DNA from: a bacterium
Lineage (GTDB): Bacteria; SZUA-182; DTGQ01
Assembly: GCA_040752695.1 (NCBI GenBank)
Contig: JBFMGO010000040.1
Span: 1 to 42,331 of the forward strand
Direction of reading: 5' to 3'
Length of the DNA: 42,331 nucleotides
Below the pieces are notes generated by a model. It was given only the letters and a program-made list of their open reading frames with translations. It had not been told where the DNA came from and ran no database searches. Of this stretch, positions 19,601 to 28,926 are shown piece by piece. Within the stretch, counting starts at the first letter, position 1. Each line of letters begins with the position of its first letter. A program made the position numbers and the translations under genes.

Positions 19601-22600
19601 AATGATTTCGCCCATTGGCGCTGCCAATGTCCCTCTGTGTTCAATATTTTGAGCCTCGATAGTCAGTTTGCCCCCGGCAGAATATACATGGCTGGTGGGG
19701 GTTCCCTTTCCAGGCAGTATGGTGACTTTTTGGTCGGAATGAATAGTAAACTGAGAGAGGGTGGTAGGATAAATCCGCTCTGCCTCCAGAGTCAGATCAC
19801 CAGCGGTATTCAGGTTTCCCCTCCATCCGAAATCCATGAAGTTATCCCCGATTTTCATTAAGTTATGCGTATCACTCAAAGTCAAATCGTGTTCTGACTT
19901 CAGGTGGACATCCTGAAAGTCGGAAAACTGAATATCCCCCTTTATATCAATCCAATTTCCGGCGCACCGTATCAATGCCCCTCCCTTTTGTAGTGGCTCT
20001 GTATTATATTGATCACTGTTCATGATACAAAGCCATGGGCTTCGAAGATAGATTTGCAGGTTTTCCGCTCCTGATGCTTTCAATAAAGGAGCATCGAGGA
20101 TAAGACTTCTTTGGGGAGTTAAGCTCAGGGATTCTTCAAAATCAATCTCACGCCGGCTTCTTACGACAAGAGCATCGAACCCGCCGCTTTGATCCAAAGA
20201 ACCCTTCTGTACCACCCTTTTCATGTCATCAACATAAAGAGATAATCCATGATTACTATTGTTCTGTTCAAGAATGAGTTCGCCACCGGTAACACCCTCC
20301 ATTTTCGCATGCCCGATCAGTTTTACACCTTCCAGCCTGCCCTGAATGATTTTATCATTATTATCTTTCGAGGGATTTATATTTCCGCCAAAGGCTAAGG
20401 TGATGCTCCCGGCACTGCCGGCTGCTGGTAAGGACTCATACGTTCCATCATTTTTTCCCATAAGGATGAAGGTGGGCTCAGAGCCTGAAACATCGATCAG
20501 GCATCCATTCTTCAGATAGAGATTTCCGCTATCCACTTTGCTTGCCTCGAGCTTGACGCTTCCACCGGGCAGCGGTGTAGATCCATACGGCAAACCATCG
20601 GCCAGCGGTTTTTCATCCTGCTTGTTAAAACCGGCTGCTATAATCCTGCCGGTCTCTTCGAGGGTAAGATCATGCTCATCGGCAGAGATGGAGATAGTAC
20701 CTGCTAAAGATTCCACGCACCCCGCTATCGTGGTTATATTGGCCTTCATTTTGATCTTTCCGCCTGGCGAGGTCTGCACCTTTGCTCCTGAATCTATTTT
20801 CAGCTCGGCTTCAGTAGTGGACGCAGGTTTATTCTCTCTGTCTACACTCTCTCCGGCAATACAGGTTATGGAAGATGGACCAAGATATCCCAGGGGAAGC
20901 ATGACATATGGTGAAGAGTATGGATCGGGCTCTTCCCCTAATCCGATATGGGCCGGTTGAGAAGAAGAGGAAGTTATTTTTAACAGAGGCTCAGGCAGTT
21001 TTGCCTGAGAGGGAGTAAGAACAGATCCGTCTGTGATCTGTATATTGTCTTCACTTATCAGTTTGATATGAGTAAAGCCTGTAGATGTAAAAGCGTTATC
21101 TGACAGAATCAGTTCTTCTCCCGTGTTTTCGGTTTGAAGTGAGTTTTCGGGAATAACCCTGATCTCACCCGTGTGGAGCGAAAGAGTACCGCCGGACTGT
21201 CCGCACAGAGAATGCCCGTGCAGGTCGCCATTCAAAGAAAGGCGTAAACTCCTTAATTCCAGAGTACCGGCATCCCCTCCCTTTATCTTCCCGGTGCCAT
21301 TGATGGTGTATCCGCCACTCACATCAAGCAAAGATCCCTGCTCGATATGGATTCCACTCTGAGGTATTCCTCTATCAATAAGAGTGATAGTTCCGCCATT
21401 TACCCTGCTGACATTAAGAGGTAAAAGATAATCGATTTTCTCTCCACTGGCAATTAATGCGCTGTTTTCTTTAATATGAATTCCTTCAGGCAAATTCTCC
21501 GGCAAGTCAAGAGGATTGTCCCCACCATCGGAGGTAAAGTTACTATCGCTGTTCAATTTAATCATGCCGCATGGAACACTGATTTCTCCCTGATGTACGA
21601 TACTACGCGCTGCTGCGTCGAAAAATCCTCCGGCAGGCAAAGCGATGCGGGTATCTTTCTCGGTGGTTATTCCAATGTTGCTGTAAACGGAAAAATTGAA
21701 TAATCCGGTCTCGTTTATCTGATGTTCTGATATCCGGCTGATGTACGTGTCGGACAATTGATCATCAGGTCCAAGGTCCTCAAGAGGCTGCACCTCGGGC
21801 TGGATGACAATTTCATTGGTACAAAGATCCCTGACTGGATATAATTTATCAAGATAATAATCGCCTATCTGAAGGCTTCCTCCCTGAGGCTGCTTGGCAC
21901 CTTTGCTGATTGTTTCATAGCCGAATTCATCCAGGGGCGTGGATAATTGAGTTTGAAAGACGCCTCGGGTAACTGAACCATCCAACCGTCCATCAAGTAC
22001 TATCCTCCTGGCCCGAAGAAAAAGCGATCCGGCATCATGACCTTCAAAGTGAGAGGGCAGATAATCCAAAATAGGTACAACTCCACCGTAATAGAGTCCC
22101 TTATAGGGTATCTTGACACCAAACCGCGGATATTCTTCATAGAAAGTATCCAAGACCTTGTCATAATGAATCCATTGTGGTGCAGCGCTGATATCGTAGA
22201 TCTTATTTCCGGCTAATACTTTTGTTGTACTTCCGAAGCTCTGTGCATAGAAAATACCGCCGCCGGAAAAATCAAGAGAAGCTCCCTTTTTAAAGATAAT
22301 ATCCCCTGATAGGGCTTCTACCTCAATTTTTCCGCCTTCCGTACAGTTCTCAATGGCTGTTTTTTCTTCTAGATCGAGGGAATTGGAAACATTGCCGATT
22401 GATGATCCCGTATAGGCATTGAACGAGATCGTCGTTTCCTTGAGCGGGCCATATTTCTGCCCAAAATCATCCCTTAATTCAACACTATTGAGTTTTACTT
22501 TCAGAATGTGATCTTCAGCCGATAGGGCCGCCCACAGGCCGCTTACATCGATTACGCTCCCCTCCCCAAGGTAAACTTTATCCAATGCCCGCATGTTTAC

Positions 22601-23779
22601 AGTACCCGAAGGGGCAATGATGATTCCCTTATGCTCTATTTGATCTACTGATGTATTTTCAAGAGAAGGCGTATCTTCGGGTTTCGGATTCGGCTCCGGA
22701 GTCCACCCTCCTATATTGATTTCACTTTTCATCAATGAAGATCCAATAACTTTTTCCTGCGAATCACTTATTGAACAGGCGGTAATGCTTTTTTCCCCTG
22801 TGGTCACTTTTTCTGAAGCCAGCAATTCAATATTTCCATTTCTCTGGACAGCCCTGACAGACCGTATTAAACCCTCCTGCCTGATTGTCCGTCCGTACAT
22901 ACCTGCCAGACCAAGGTCTGAAATGAGCTGGCCGCTTTCAAAATTCACTGCTTCACCTTCAACATCCACAGCAGGCTCTTCTTCTGCCCGGTTTTTCACC
23001 AGATAGCCAAGCCGCGCTGGATCAGGGTTGTCTAGCATTACCAGTTCAATCGCACATCCGGCTGCAAGACCGATCTGCCCGGCTGGAGATTCAATAATGC
23101 CGTGATTCTCTACCGAAGATCCAAACAGGAAGACGGAGCCTCCATATTCAGTTTCTATCTGTCCGTGGTTGGAAACGACAGCATCGGAAGGAGGATCACT
23201 CGATGGATCCTGGTAATTTTCCAGTCTAAACCATAATTTTTTTTTAAAATCCTTGTTTTCCCTATCCATAAAATCATCATTATGCAGGTTCAAAGAAGAG
23301 GCTATCAGGGAATGGACATTGACTCGTGAACCGGGGCCGAAAAGAATACCGTTTTGATTAATCAAATAAACCTTTCCATCCGCCGTAAGTCTTCCGAAAA
23401 TCTGGCTGGGACTATGATCAAAGATGCGATTCAAGACCGTCCAACTGGTTTGCTTATCCTGATCGAAATGAACATGCGCATCCTTGCCGATATTGAACGA
23501 CTCCCAGCTAATAACGGCATCTTTCTCCTCCTGATATACGGTAAGCTGGTTATCACTCGTCCTTACAACGGACTTGATACCATCGGCTTTGATTTGACCT
23601 GCCTCCATTTTCACCTGGGGGAGGGTATTCGGGAGGGGGGGAGGAAGATTTTTCGAGCCATAATATCCGGGGATCAAAGGTTCTCCAAAGGCGGGAAGAT
23701 GTACCAGGCAGAGGTTAAAAACCATGAAAAAGACCACTCCCTTTCCCCTGAGCTTATTCTTTCTGAACCCTTTTATCAT
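13661..23779 (-). CDS. Large TpsA exoprotein, filamentous-haemagglutinin family, with a DUF3739-like C-terminal domain (PdtA-like)
   Basis: Signal peptide; TPS domain (WESFNIG, VLNRI, SQIFGRLTADGKVYLINQNGILFG); beta-helix repeats (IDVSG, AGSITL); C-terminal GGDILIWSDFGNINAGRGSKT...GSGIRTL...LYAPKGEIDAGEAEI. Confidence 0.92.
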   Translation of the reverse strand: MIKGFRKNKLRGKGVVFFMVFNLCLVHLPAFGEPLIPGYYGSKNLPPPLPNTLPQVKMEAGQIKADGIKSVVRTSDNQLTVYQEEKDAVISWESFNIGKDAHVHFDQDKQTSWTVLNRIFDHSPSQIFGRLTADGKVYLINQNGILFGPGSRVNVHSLIASSLNLHNDDFMDRENKDFKKKLWFRLENYQDPSSDPPSDAVVSNHGQIETEYGGSVFLFGSSVENHGIIESPAGQIGLAAGCAIELVMLDNPDPARLGYLVKNRAEEEPAVDVEGEAVNFESGQLISDLGLAGMYGRTIRQEGLIRSVRAVQRNGNIELLASEKVTTGEKSITACSISDSQEKVIGSSLMKSEINIGGWTPEPNPKPEDTPSLENTSVDQIEHKGIIIAPSGTVNMRALDKVYLGEGSVIDVSGLWAALSAEDHILKVKLNSVELRDDFGQKYGPLKETTISFNAYTGSSIGNVSNSLDLEEKTAIENCTEGGKIEVEALSGDIIFKKGASLDFSGGGIFYAQSFGSTTKVLAGNKIYDISAAPQWIHYDKVLDTFYEEYPRFGVKIPYKGLYYGGVVPILDYLPSHFEGHDAGSLFLRARRIVLDGRLDGSVTRGVFQTQLSTPLDEFGYETISKGAKQPQGGSLQIGDYYLDKLYPVRDLCTNEIVIQPEVQPLEDLGPDDQLSDTYISRISEHQINETGLFNFSVYSNIGITTEKDTRIALPAGGFFDAAARSIVHQGEISVPCGMIKLNSDSNFTSDGGDNPLDLPENLPEGIHIKENSALIASGEKIDYLLPLNVSRVNGGTITLIDRGIPQSGIHIEQGSLLDVSGGYTINGTGKIKGGDAGTLELRSLRLSLNGDLHGHSLCGQSGGTLSLHTGEIRVIPENSLQTENTGEELILSDNAFTSTGFTHIKLISEDNIQITDGSVLTPSQAKLPEPLLKITSSSSQPAHIGLGEEPDPYSSPYVMLPLGYLGPSSITCIAGESVDRENKPASTTEAELKIDSGAKVQTSPGGKIKMKANITTIAGCVESLAGTISISADEHDLTLEETGRIIAAGFNKQDEKPLADGLPYGSTPLPGGSVKLEASKVDSGNLYLKNGCLIDVSGSEPTFILMGKNDGTYESLPAAGSAGSITLAFGGNINPSKDNNDKIIQGRLEGVKLIGHAKMEGVTGGELILEQNNSNHGLSLYVDDMKRVVQKGSLDQSGGFDALVVRSRREIDFEESLSLTPQRSLILDAPLLKASGAENLQIYLRSPWLCIMNSDQYNTEPLQKGGALIRCAGNWIDIKGDIQFSDFQDVHLKSEHDLTLSDTHNLMKIGDNFMDFGWRGNLNTAGDLTLEAERIYPTTLSQFTIHSDQKVTILPGKGTPTSHVYSAGGKLTIEAQNIEHRGTLAAPMGEIILCQTEETGEATDRIYLAAGSKITTTGETPVNYGELSISSWTIPDKSDKANPNKTQEALIPHDSVSLNGSEVILDAGAQISVDGGGSIFAYQFLPGIEGTENPLSREGRYVIFPDNSIVRPGRAIYLEGVSGVSEGVYSLLPEEFAFLPGAMIITDLGVYHAYDTSLRSNGGSPVTRGFPTIRDSGYTENVPHLYAVSTGEKEITAKQEGNLSTMQIKMTAGDAEGYFNQFQMTAGDAGRISIKGDTSILEGAMSGKPFQDPEHPEISYEGNLIELSGKTIFIGQSYNALLPEFSFDDQIPEDLKDKLYVDVSALSAKGFKEISLGHIEKNGEEYQGTEYITVQEGAHLFGTNLTLSATKGITVQPGAQLNAEAQKDAEGHIPENEGHISLISPKGKVTIAKDALLESSHALNLECQNLTVASTDNIQVKSSTLNLMSDRIAIVSDLSLQQNETDFAFTPEELNRITKGFTHIILTGRTELVFQKALEFHLGDVFLTLDTPKITGLLEITDLPADELTVKITGREITEGDTVRYVPLKKISLLNTTDNLPGTGSTLSNTGTLSLDAEEIVIGNGDIFLEGFRIIDLKSKNNLTLSGIGSITAKGDELNITAARVTTSPYLDKKLSPQNQDLPYEVARFTINAPAGKVTINGNSEGTKGESTVPGGTLNISANDIILNKGIIEVQSGQITLHGNGSGEGQGIFLKDHSQILAQGSDYASGGKVSLSTEVGQIDMADNTLIDVSAGAQGDAGTLSLYAPKGTVVLDGDIKGDAGEKETEEEETTKGLGGRFILDADRFGIVEGKVDLSQLNDKVKSGGFDHSIDLRFRSGDITLPEDTQMMAHTVKVVADGGKLDVFGTIKAPSEGSETGRVELYSLGNLALDASAIDQTGDETTGIFTPGGEVILSTAQGDLILKGTESKNVLIDAEEVTFRALRQDQEGEVRLNVQKTTVQGASEVIVEPVKVYGGADFISEDGTIINRDAIASDTKTFMTVNTASIKDRLLADGILSLDDDNTLHIRPGIEISDNGSLSLSSDWNLNDWYHEEPGTPPLEPGTLFLRAGDNLNINGNLFDKKITGDSSWRLNLAAGADSASADPLAVIKGKGNLIIADEKAVYTKYAPISFASGNDTIIGRLGRSSVMFQDIEITPFNKIPFNIASENNRIHGMVTGSLEITGGAIQTRTGDIQIEIGKDLHLISYYSQLSKSDLLGSIRTVGEPPSESEKSSYWKYTNGGDINIDVGGSIGDRLNKTSWDNAYNDPKEGVTAWSASYDRDKSTQGLATMGGGNLRVSTGGDFLGQIGAFGPGDVAIFSGGDIYGKFLVKQGEGYYSAMGNIGANSALHNQDDLTLEVFDSKMSLIAQGNIKLGTIVNPSIVRDGFNGDAQWNLTYSPESRVTLRALTEDVNISGNIGNLVGNPSNIRNTILPPTLEVYAQRDIRLSGDFCLAPSKTGNLVLKAGRDIDGLYYNGQFKRSSILLSDLDPGEVFGRHPDNKNTIAIKITSPSQHADNPIHEDDPVPVSIQAGAAYKLAGAALEDGEDGGDIRDVNFVLPKKAEIDAFRNISDIWYQGQNILPEDTSHIRAGADITFSSSSLVNGVTGIEHGGPGFLLVQAGNSIDLGVSRGIQSVGHYYNPALGQKKSSLAVVSGYDLDMDNDKINTFFNELKPKADEYCRLLNEEGADPAEEYVNEKIRGDLINPTFQSEKPGDGHINLFDSQINASGEKGDLFIIARGIVNVGRTTFSTDENKLKNSGIYTAAGGKINVFAGSDVNVNESRLMTFRGGDILIWSDFGNINAGRGSKTAINTEPPKIEIIDGVAVIKFEPPAVGSGIRTLTYDPDGLEGPKGPPDQGDVFLYAPKGEIDAGEAEIVGRNVAMAAQSYKNVQNISFSGSSTGVPSVGDSSANIGALTGSGNLMPQTKLTEESSVADTAAKRMTSIKEAMKAFSLDGDIDVKVIGFEEKDEGKEDKKEKDKEKENGKSTGK

Positions 23780-23791
23780 AAAGAATTTCCT

Positions 23792-25453
23792 TTAGAATTG
23801 ATAGGTTAAATAGAAATAACTCTGTGCCTCGCCCTTTGAAGTCATGTCAGTTTCGTTCAGGGCAACTCCCCAGTCAAATCCATATTGAAAGTGTTTACCA
23901 AAAGTCCCCGCAAGGCCGATACCGACACCCTGAAGAGTAATACCCATATTCTTGCTTTCCACGGTGGTCTCCCGGCTGTCCTCGCTCAACTTGTCGAGCA
24001 CCTGCAGGAATGCTGCATCGTAAAAAGCGTGCACCTTCAGATTATCTGATCTAAAGAAGCCAATCAGCCGGAAAAGGTTGGGGCTTTGAATCTCCGTAGT
24101 GAGATGAACCGCATTATCTCCAAGCTCTTCGCTTTCCTTATACCCCCTGAGGTTATCTATTCCTCCAGCAGGATATTGCTCATTGGAAATCAAAGGCTGG
24201 TTGGCCAGTTGTCCATCCAATTTGAATAACAGGCCGGCACCCTCTGGCAAGGGAAAGGAGCGCTCTACCCGGGCTGTCAGAAAAAAATAATTCCCTCTCG
24301 CCCGATAGCGCTTCTTCTTAAATTCTTCCTTTTCGGTCGAAAGCCCTCGAAAGGCCATATTAAATGAAGTACTCACATTTGTTGAACCGTATGAATCAGG
24401 AAAAGTGGTGCTGTAGGATAGAAAGAGAGGAACATACTGAATGGGAACCGGAGGAGTATCCGTGTCCTCACCTTCTCCGTTTTTCAGGCCAATGTTTTCT
24501 TTAAAATCTTTATAATCGATGCCCAGGCAGATCGTATGCTGCCAGTAGTCTGAAGTATAAAAAGGGATAAAGTATCTAAAGCCGGCAATACTCCCCTTCC
24601 CGAGTATGTGAATCTCCCCGCCTTCCGTGGCTGTCTCACTGTCCGACTTAATATAGTATAAAGACATGGTATGCTCAAACTCCCAGGGAGGTGAAAGGGA
24701 ATAGGAAAAATAAAGGGATTGGACCTCACTCCGATCCTCTGGCGAGGTCTGATATTGAGCTGCTATGGTGTGATCCATCTGCCAGAGATTATCGTAGCGC
24801 AGTGCGCATATGGCCCTTAAATCCGGAGTGGAATGAGTGGAGCGGTTATTCACCTCGAGATTCCCGTGAATGGGAAGCCGGTCTTTTACTTGCAGTTCGA
24901 CATTGATGATATCCAATTCTCTTCCAGGGATCAGGACCGGTTTTACCTGGAGATCCGGATTGCTGCTGATGCGGCCTAATTGCTCCTTGACGCTGGGCAG
25001 ATAAAGAACAGTGCCGGATTGGAAACTGGATAGCTGCCGCATGATTTTCTTTTTGGTAACAAACCGGTTTCCGGTGATGGTCACCTTTCCGACCCTGGAT
25101 TCAATGACCTGGAACCTGACTACTCCATCCTTTATGGTTTGTTCCGGAATATTTACCAGGACTGTAGGATATCCTTTCCGGTGAAAGAAACGTTCCAGCG
25201 CTGCACGTGCCTCCATCACATCTTTTTCCGTTTTCCCTTTTCCTTTATAGAAAGAAACTTCCTGCTCTACCTCCTTATCATCCAAAACGGTATTCCCTTC
25301 AATGATAAATTTTTTGATTTGAAAGGTAACCTCCTCATCCTCCGCTAAAGATCCATCCTCCGCTTCTCCTCTTGCCACAGATATGCCAAAGATCATGAAA
25401 ATTACCAGGAGGAGCAGAGCTTTTTCGGTAATTTCTAATGATTTTCCAAACAA
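23792..25453 (-). CDS. TpsB transporter (ShlB/FhaC/HecB family)
   Basis: POTRA region (IEGNTVL, GYPTVLVNIPEQ...GVVRFQVIE), VRGY-like motif GGIDNLRGY, C-terminal YLTYQF, and adjacency to TpsA. Confidence 0.92.
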   Translation of the reverse strand: MFGKSLEITEKALLLLVIFMIFGISVARGEAEDGSLAEDEEVTFQIKKFIIEGNTVLDDKEVEQEVSFYKGKGKTEKDVMEARAALERFFHRKGYPTVLVNIPEQTIKDGVVRFQVIESRVGKVTITGNRFVTKKKIMRQLSSFQSGTVLYLPSVKEQLGRISSNPDLQVKPVLIPGRELDIINVELQVKDRLPIHGNLEVNNRSTHSTPDLRAICALRYDNLWQMDHTIAAQYQTSPEDRSEVQSLYFSYSLSPPWEFEHTMSLYYIKSDSETATEGGEIHILGKGSIAGFRYFIPFYTSDYWQHTICLGIDYKDFKENIGLKNGEGEDTDTPPVPIQYVPLFLSYSTTFPDSYGSTNVSTSFNMAFRGLSTEKEEFKKKRYRARGNYFFLTARVERSFPLPEGAGLLFKLDGQLANQPLISNEQYPAGGIDNLRGYKESEELGDNAVHLTTEIQSPNLFRLIGFFRSDNLKVHAFYDAAFLQVLDKLSEDSRETTVESKNMGITLQGVGIGLAGTFGKHFQYGFDWGVALNETDMTSKGEAQSYFYLTYQF

Positions 25454-27366
25454 AGATCCAGTTCCTTCCGTAATGAAGGTGCAGTGACAAATTCGTTCAT
25501 TTTTTTGATGATATCCGAATGAGCGTCCATAAGGACAATCAACGGATAACCATCCTGCTGGTAGAGTTCCTTATACTTTTTTTCCTTTTCCGAATTGATT
25601 TTCAGCCAGATAAAGTCATCAGCAAGGGCATTGATAAGAGGATGCGGAAAGGTTTCCTGGAACAATTTCTGACACCACGGACACCAGTCCGCATACAGGA
25701 GAAGTACAACCGGTTTATTTTCCTGTCTGGCAAGAGCGAGTGCCTGGTCATGATCTTCCATCCAGGAGAGTTCTTTTCCCTTGAATTCCGATTCCTTGGT
25801 AAGAGAAACCACTTCAAAATCGATAACAATGTTCTTGCCTGCCAGAGGGTGATTAAAATCGACGGTGAAACTCTCATCATCCGCCTGAGTAATGATTCCT
25901 ACCTTTCCCTCATCAAGCTGGATTGAAGCGCCGATAGTAGGCTGCATGGAAATCACGACATCATTCCCGTCCAGGTAGACTCCGGCTGTTCCAAAGGGGT
26001 CTTCTATCTGCTCTCCATCTTCAACAATAGCTTCGAGCCTGGCATACTGCGGGGTAACTTCGGTTACGTCAGCATCAAAATAGGGAGTCAGGTGAACACG
26101 GTCATGAAGATTGGGAAAGGTTTTAAATTTTTGAACATATTGATCAGCCGGTATTGTCTGTATCTTTGGTATTCTTTTAACTCGTTGTAATTTTTGTATT
26201 TTTTTTTCGTCGCGGGGGATACCGAGCTTGTCGGCAGGAATGGTAATCTTGCCTGTTTGATGAACTACGAAACCGATCAAAGCCTCGGATAATCCAGGAA
26301 TCATATCCAGTTCACCCACGATCATTTCTACAGGAGTGAATTGCTTCGGTTTTTGATAGGCTGCCATTTTTACCCTGCCGGGATCCTGATCGACAGAATC
26401 TTGAGTTGTAAAAAAGACCTGACCATCTTCTAAAGATATAGTATAGTCAATATAAATCAGGTCTCCTTTCTGCACTTTGTTCTTGTCTTCCGGCTGGTTT
26501 TCCCTGCTTTGAGATGTATCCTGGGGAGAAGGATTTGCCAATGCCTTGACCTGACAGGTTAGCTTTTCTCCGCCAAAAGGATGACCGAAATCGACGAGTA
26601 TTGCCTGGTCATTCACATTGCTTATTTTCCCTACAAAAGAACCGGCTCTCACCAGGTCTCCGGCCCTGGCATCAATTTCGATATCGTAATGATCGCCCTT
26701 GTCCCGGATTATTCCCTTTCTGAAGGGAGGAACGGGGACTATGGAATTAGGCTCGGCAAAAAGCCCGGCAGTAATGCTTTCTTCGCCGATAGAGGTAATT
26801 TTCGCTGAAAACAAGGGATCGGGAATCTTCACCTCCTGTCCCACTGTCGGCTCCATGCCCCGGTGGGATTCAATATAAGATGCCTTGCTCATCTTGAGCT
26901 CTTTTGGTCTTCTCCTGACTCTGGTCATAGAGAGAAAGCGGTCTTCTGGTTTGAGATTGGCAGGCACATTTGCATCGAGCTCGAAGCTGTATTCTTTTTC
27001 CACTTCACTTCCAACAATGAATTGGGAGAGTTTGGCTTTAATAACATCATCGATCCCTGTAAGAAAATTATCCTTTGAAATCGGAATCTGCTCACCAGCT
27101 TTGAGGGAAAGATAATTATATACGTTCTGCCGTGCAAAAGCTGATGATTTCGGATAGGAGGCATCATCCTCAGCGATATTTTTCGAAGTGGTTGCGACTA
27201 CTGTGCCATCAGGAAAGCGGCAGGTATAATCCAACCGGATCTGGTCACCATTTTTCACGAGGCTTTGCTTATGAATACCGGTACAACCAAAAAGAGAGGA
27301 GAAAAGGAAGAAAACTATGATGAGCGGAAATGCGAGGATAAAACCTTTTTTTTCTTGTTCTGACAT
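25435..27366 (-). CDS. Lipoprotein with two SlyD-like FKBP PPIase domains and a C-terminal thioredoxin-fold domain
   Basis: Lipobox LFGC; FKBP1 VKNGDQIRLDYT...VDFGHPFGGEKL; FKBP2 VQKGDLIYIDYT...VDFNHPLAGKNIVIDFEV; thioredoxin motif YADWCPWC. Confidence 0.85.
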   Translation of the reverse strand: MSEQEKKGFILAFPLIIVFFLFSSLFGCTGIHKQSLVKNGDQIRLDYTCRFPDGTVVATTSKNIAEDDASYPKSSAFARQNVYNYLSLKAGEQIPISKDNFLTGIDDVIKAKLSQFIVGSEVEKEYSFELDANVPANLKPEDRFLSMTRVRRRPKELKMSKASYIESHRGMEPTVGQEVKIPDPLFSAKITSIGEESITAGLFAEPNSIVPVPPFRKGIIRDKGDHYDIEIDARAGDLVRAGSFVGKISNVNDQAILVDFGHPFGGEKLTCQVKALANPSPQDTSQSRENQPEDKNKVQKGDLIYIDYTISLEDGQVFFTTQDSVDQDPGRVKMAAYQKPKQFTPVEMIVGELDMIPGLSEALIGFVVHQTGKITIPADKLGIPRDEKKIQKLQRVKRIPKIQTIPADQYVQKFKTFPNLHDRVHLTPYFDADVTEVTPQYARLEAIVEDGEQIEDPFGTAGVYLDGNDVVISMQPTIGASIQLDEGKVGIITQADDESFTVDFNHPLAGKNIVIDFEVVSLTKESEFKGKELSWMEDHDQALALARQENKPVVLLLYADWCPWCQKLFQETFPHPLINALADDFIWLKINSEKEKKYKELYQQDGYPLIVLMDAHSDIIKKMNEFVTAPSLRKELDLCLENH

Positions 27367-27412
27367 GCTAAATCTCTCATTGAATGGTTATTTTGTTGAG
27401 GGTTAAAGTATG

Positions 27413-27443
27413 AGGGTCTCTCCTTGCAATAAGGAGAGACCCT
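27413..27443 (-). terminator. Perfect 13-bp stem hairpin, probable terminator or stabilising stem after the PstS-fold gene
   Basis: agggtctctcctt-gcaat-aaggagagaccct, about 45 nt downstream of the stop at 27488. The U-tract is weak. Confidence 0.65.
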
Positions 27444-27487
27444 GCTTGATGAGTACCGACTACTTATAAATTACAGCCTGGGCATTG

Positions 27488-28804
27488 TTATATGCGGCCG
27501 GGATAAGACCAATCGGTCGCTTTTTCGACAGTCATTTCAGTCTTGTTTGCCCAGAAGTTAGCCTTGGAGGCTGGGAGATGACTATCTGCATAGGTGAAGA
27601 ATTGAGCGTGAAGTGCATCAAGAGCTGTATCTTGACCTCTCGTGTAGCACTCATACAACCACTGAGCTGACCAGAAGTCATAGACACCTAAGGCGATGGT
27701 GTATTTGTTGGCAGGTGCACCCTGATAGGTGAGCTGATAGGTAGTTGGATAACTCGTATTCGGGCCGCATCCCTGGTCTGCATCTGCATAACCGACAGCA
27801 GCAGCTATCTCGCCATCATATCCGGCATTCTGCTCGATACATTTCATCATGTCGGAAGAACCATCGTTAAAAAAGGTTGACTCGCTCTCAGATGTGACCA
27901 ATGGCCAGTCTCCACGCATGACTGCTGCATGAAGAGTTGCATGGGTTCCAGACCCTGCATGACGCATACAACGAACGATGTATTTTTCAGGATATATAGA
28001 AGGTTTGACGAAATGTCTGGGCCACCAGATTGGAGGCCATGGAATTGGCCACCAGCAGGGAGGCCAGGGGCAGAAATCGGTCCACATGCTAGCCTGTCCG
28101 GAGAAAATCAATACAGCCTGTAAGCGGGTAAGGTTGGTCACGTTATTGGGGTCATACTCAGTATGAAGAGCCGAAGGATTATAGGCCAGGGCATTGTTGG
28201 CAAAAAAGCCAAAAGGCACAACAAGAGGTCTGTGATAGATCAATCCGGTAGTATCGATCGGCTGTAAATTACGTGTTACCCAGCCGCCACCCAGATGTCC
28301 TTTCAGTTGACCTTCTGAATATTGAGAGAAGGTTTCACCGGCAACGTCTGAGGCGCCAACGGTTACGATACAGCATTTTTTGGGAGTAGTGGCCGGATCG
28401 ATAGTGTGGTCGGCCCAATCTGCTTCCGACACCAGAGACTCGTCTATCATATCACGATATCTTGGACCTGCGCTTGAGCATGAAGGCTGGCCGCCTACTT
28501 CTGGAGGAGGTACTTGACCTTTACAAGCATAAATACCATCATAAGAAGCTTTGGCAGTATAGCGAATGATATACGTATCCGCGCCCTTCGTACCCATGGT
28601 TATACCAAGTTTTCCATCTCCGGTATACTTAATGCCCGTACAACCCACCACATTCTGTAAGAAATCTCTCGCCTGTTCATTCCAGACAAGGTATTGTGCT
28701 GATGCACCGTAAAGGTTAATTTCATAGTTCCGTGCTACGGAAGAGCCAGCCATTGCTGCAATTGCCGCCAGAATAATAAAGATCTGCAAAAATCTTTTAG
28801 ACAT
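27488..28804 (-). CDS. Secreted PstS/DING-like substrate-binding-fold protein
   Basis: Signal peptide; INLYGASAQ, VGASDV, VVPFGFFAN, NLTRLQAVLIFSGQASMWTDF, RHAGSGTHATL and AVGYA match the order of PstS-family motifs. 11 Cys. Confidence 0.7.
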   Translation of the reverse strand: MSKRFLQIFIILAAIAAMAGSSVARNYEINLYGASAQYLVWNEQARDFLQNVVGCTGIKYTGDGKLGITMGTKGADTYIIRYTAKASYDGIYACKGQVPPPEVGGQPSCSSAGPRYRDMIDESLVSEADWADHTIDPATTPKKCCIVTVGASDVAGETFSQYSEGQLKGHLGGGWVTRNLQPIDTTGLIYHRPLVVPFGFFANNALAYNPSALHTEYDPNNVTNLTRLQAVLIFSGQASMWTDFCPWPPCWWPIPWPPIWWPRHFVKPSIYPEKYIVRCMRHAGSGTHATLHAAVMRGDWPLVTSESESTFFNDGSSDMMKCIEQNAGYDGEIAAAVGYADADQGCGPNTSYPTTYQLTYQGAPANKYTIALGVYDFWSAQWLYECYTRGQDTALDALHAQFFTYADSHLPASKANFWANKTEMTVEKATDWSYPGRI

Positions 28805-28926
28805 AATTAAGTCTCCTTGCCACTGATTTGTTACGATACGTTATGTAAGGGACTGAAAATTCCGGAAAAAACCGTGATGAAAAAGCTCAAAGATGAGAAA
28901 ATCTAAAAAAGTATTAAGACCGGACC

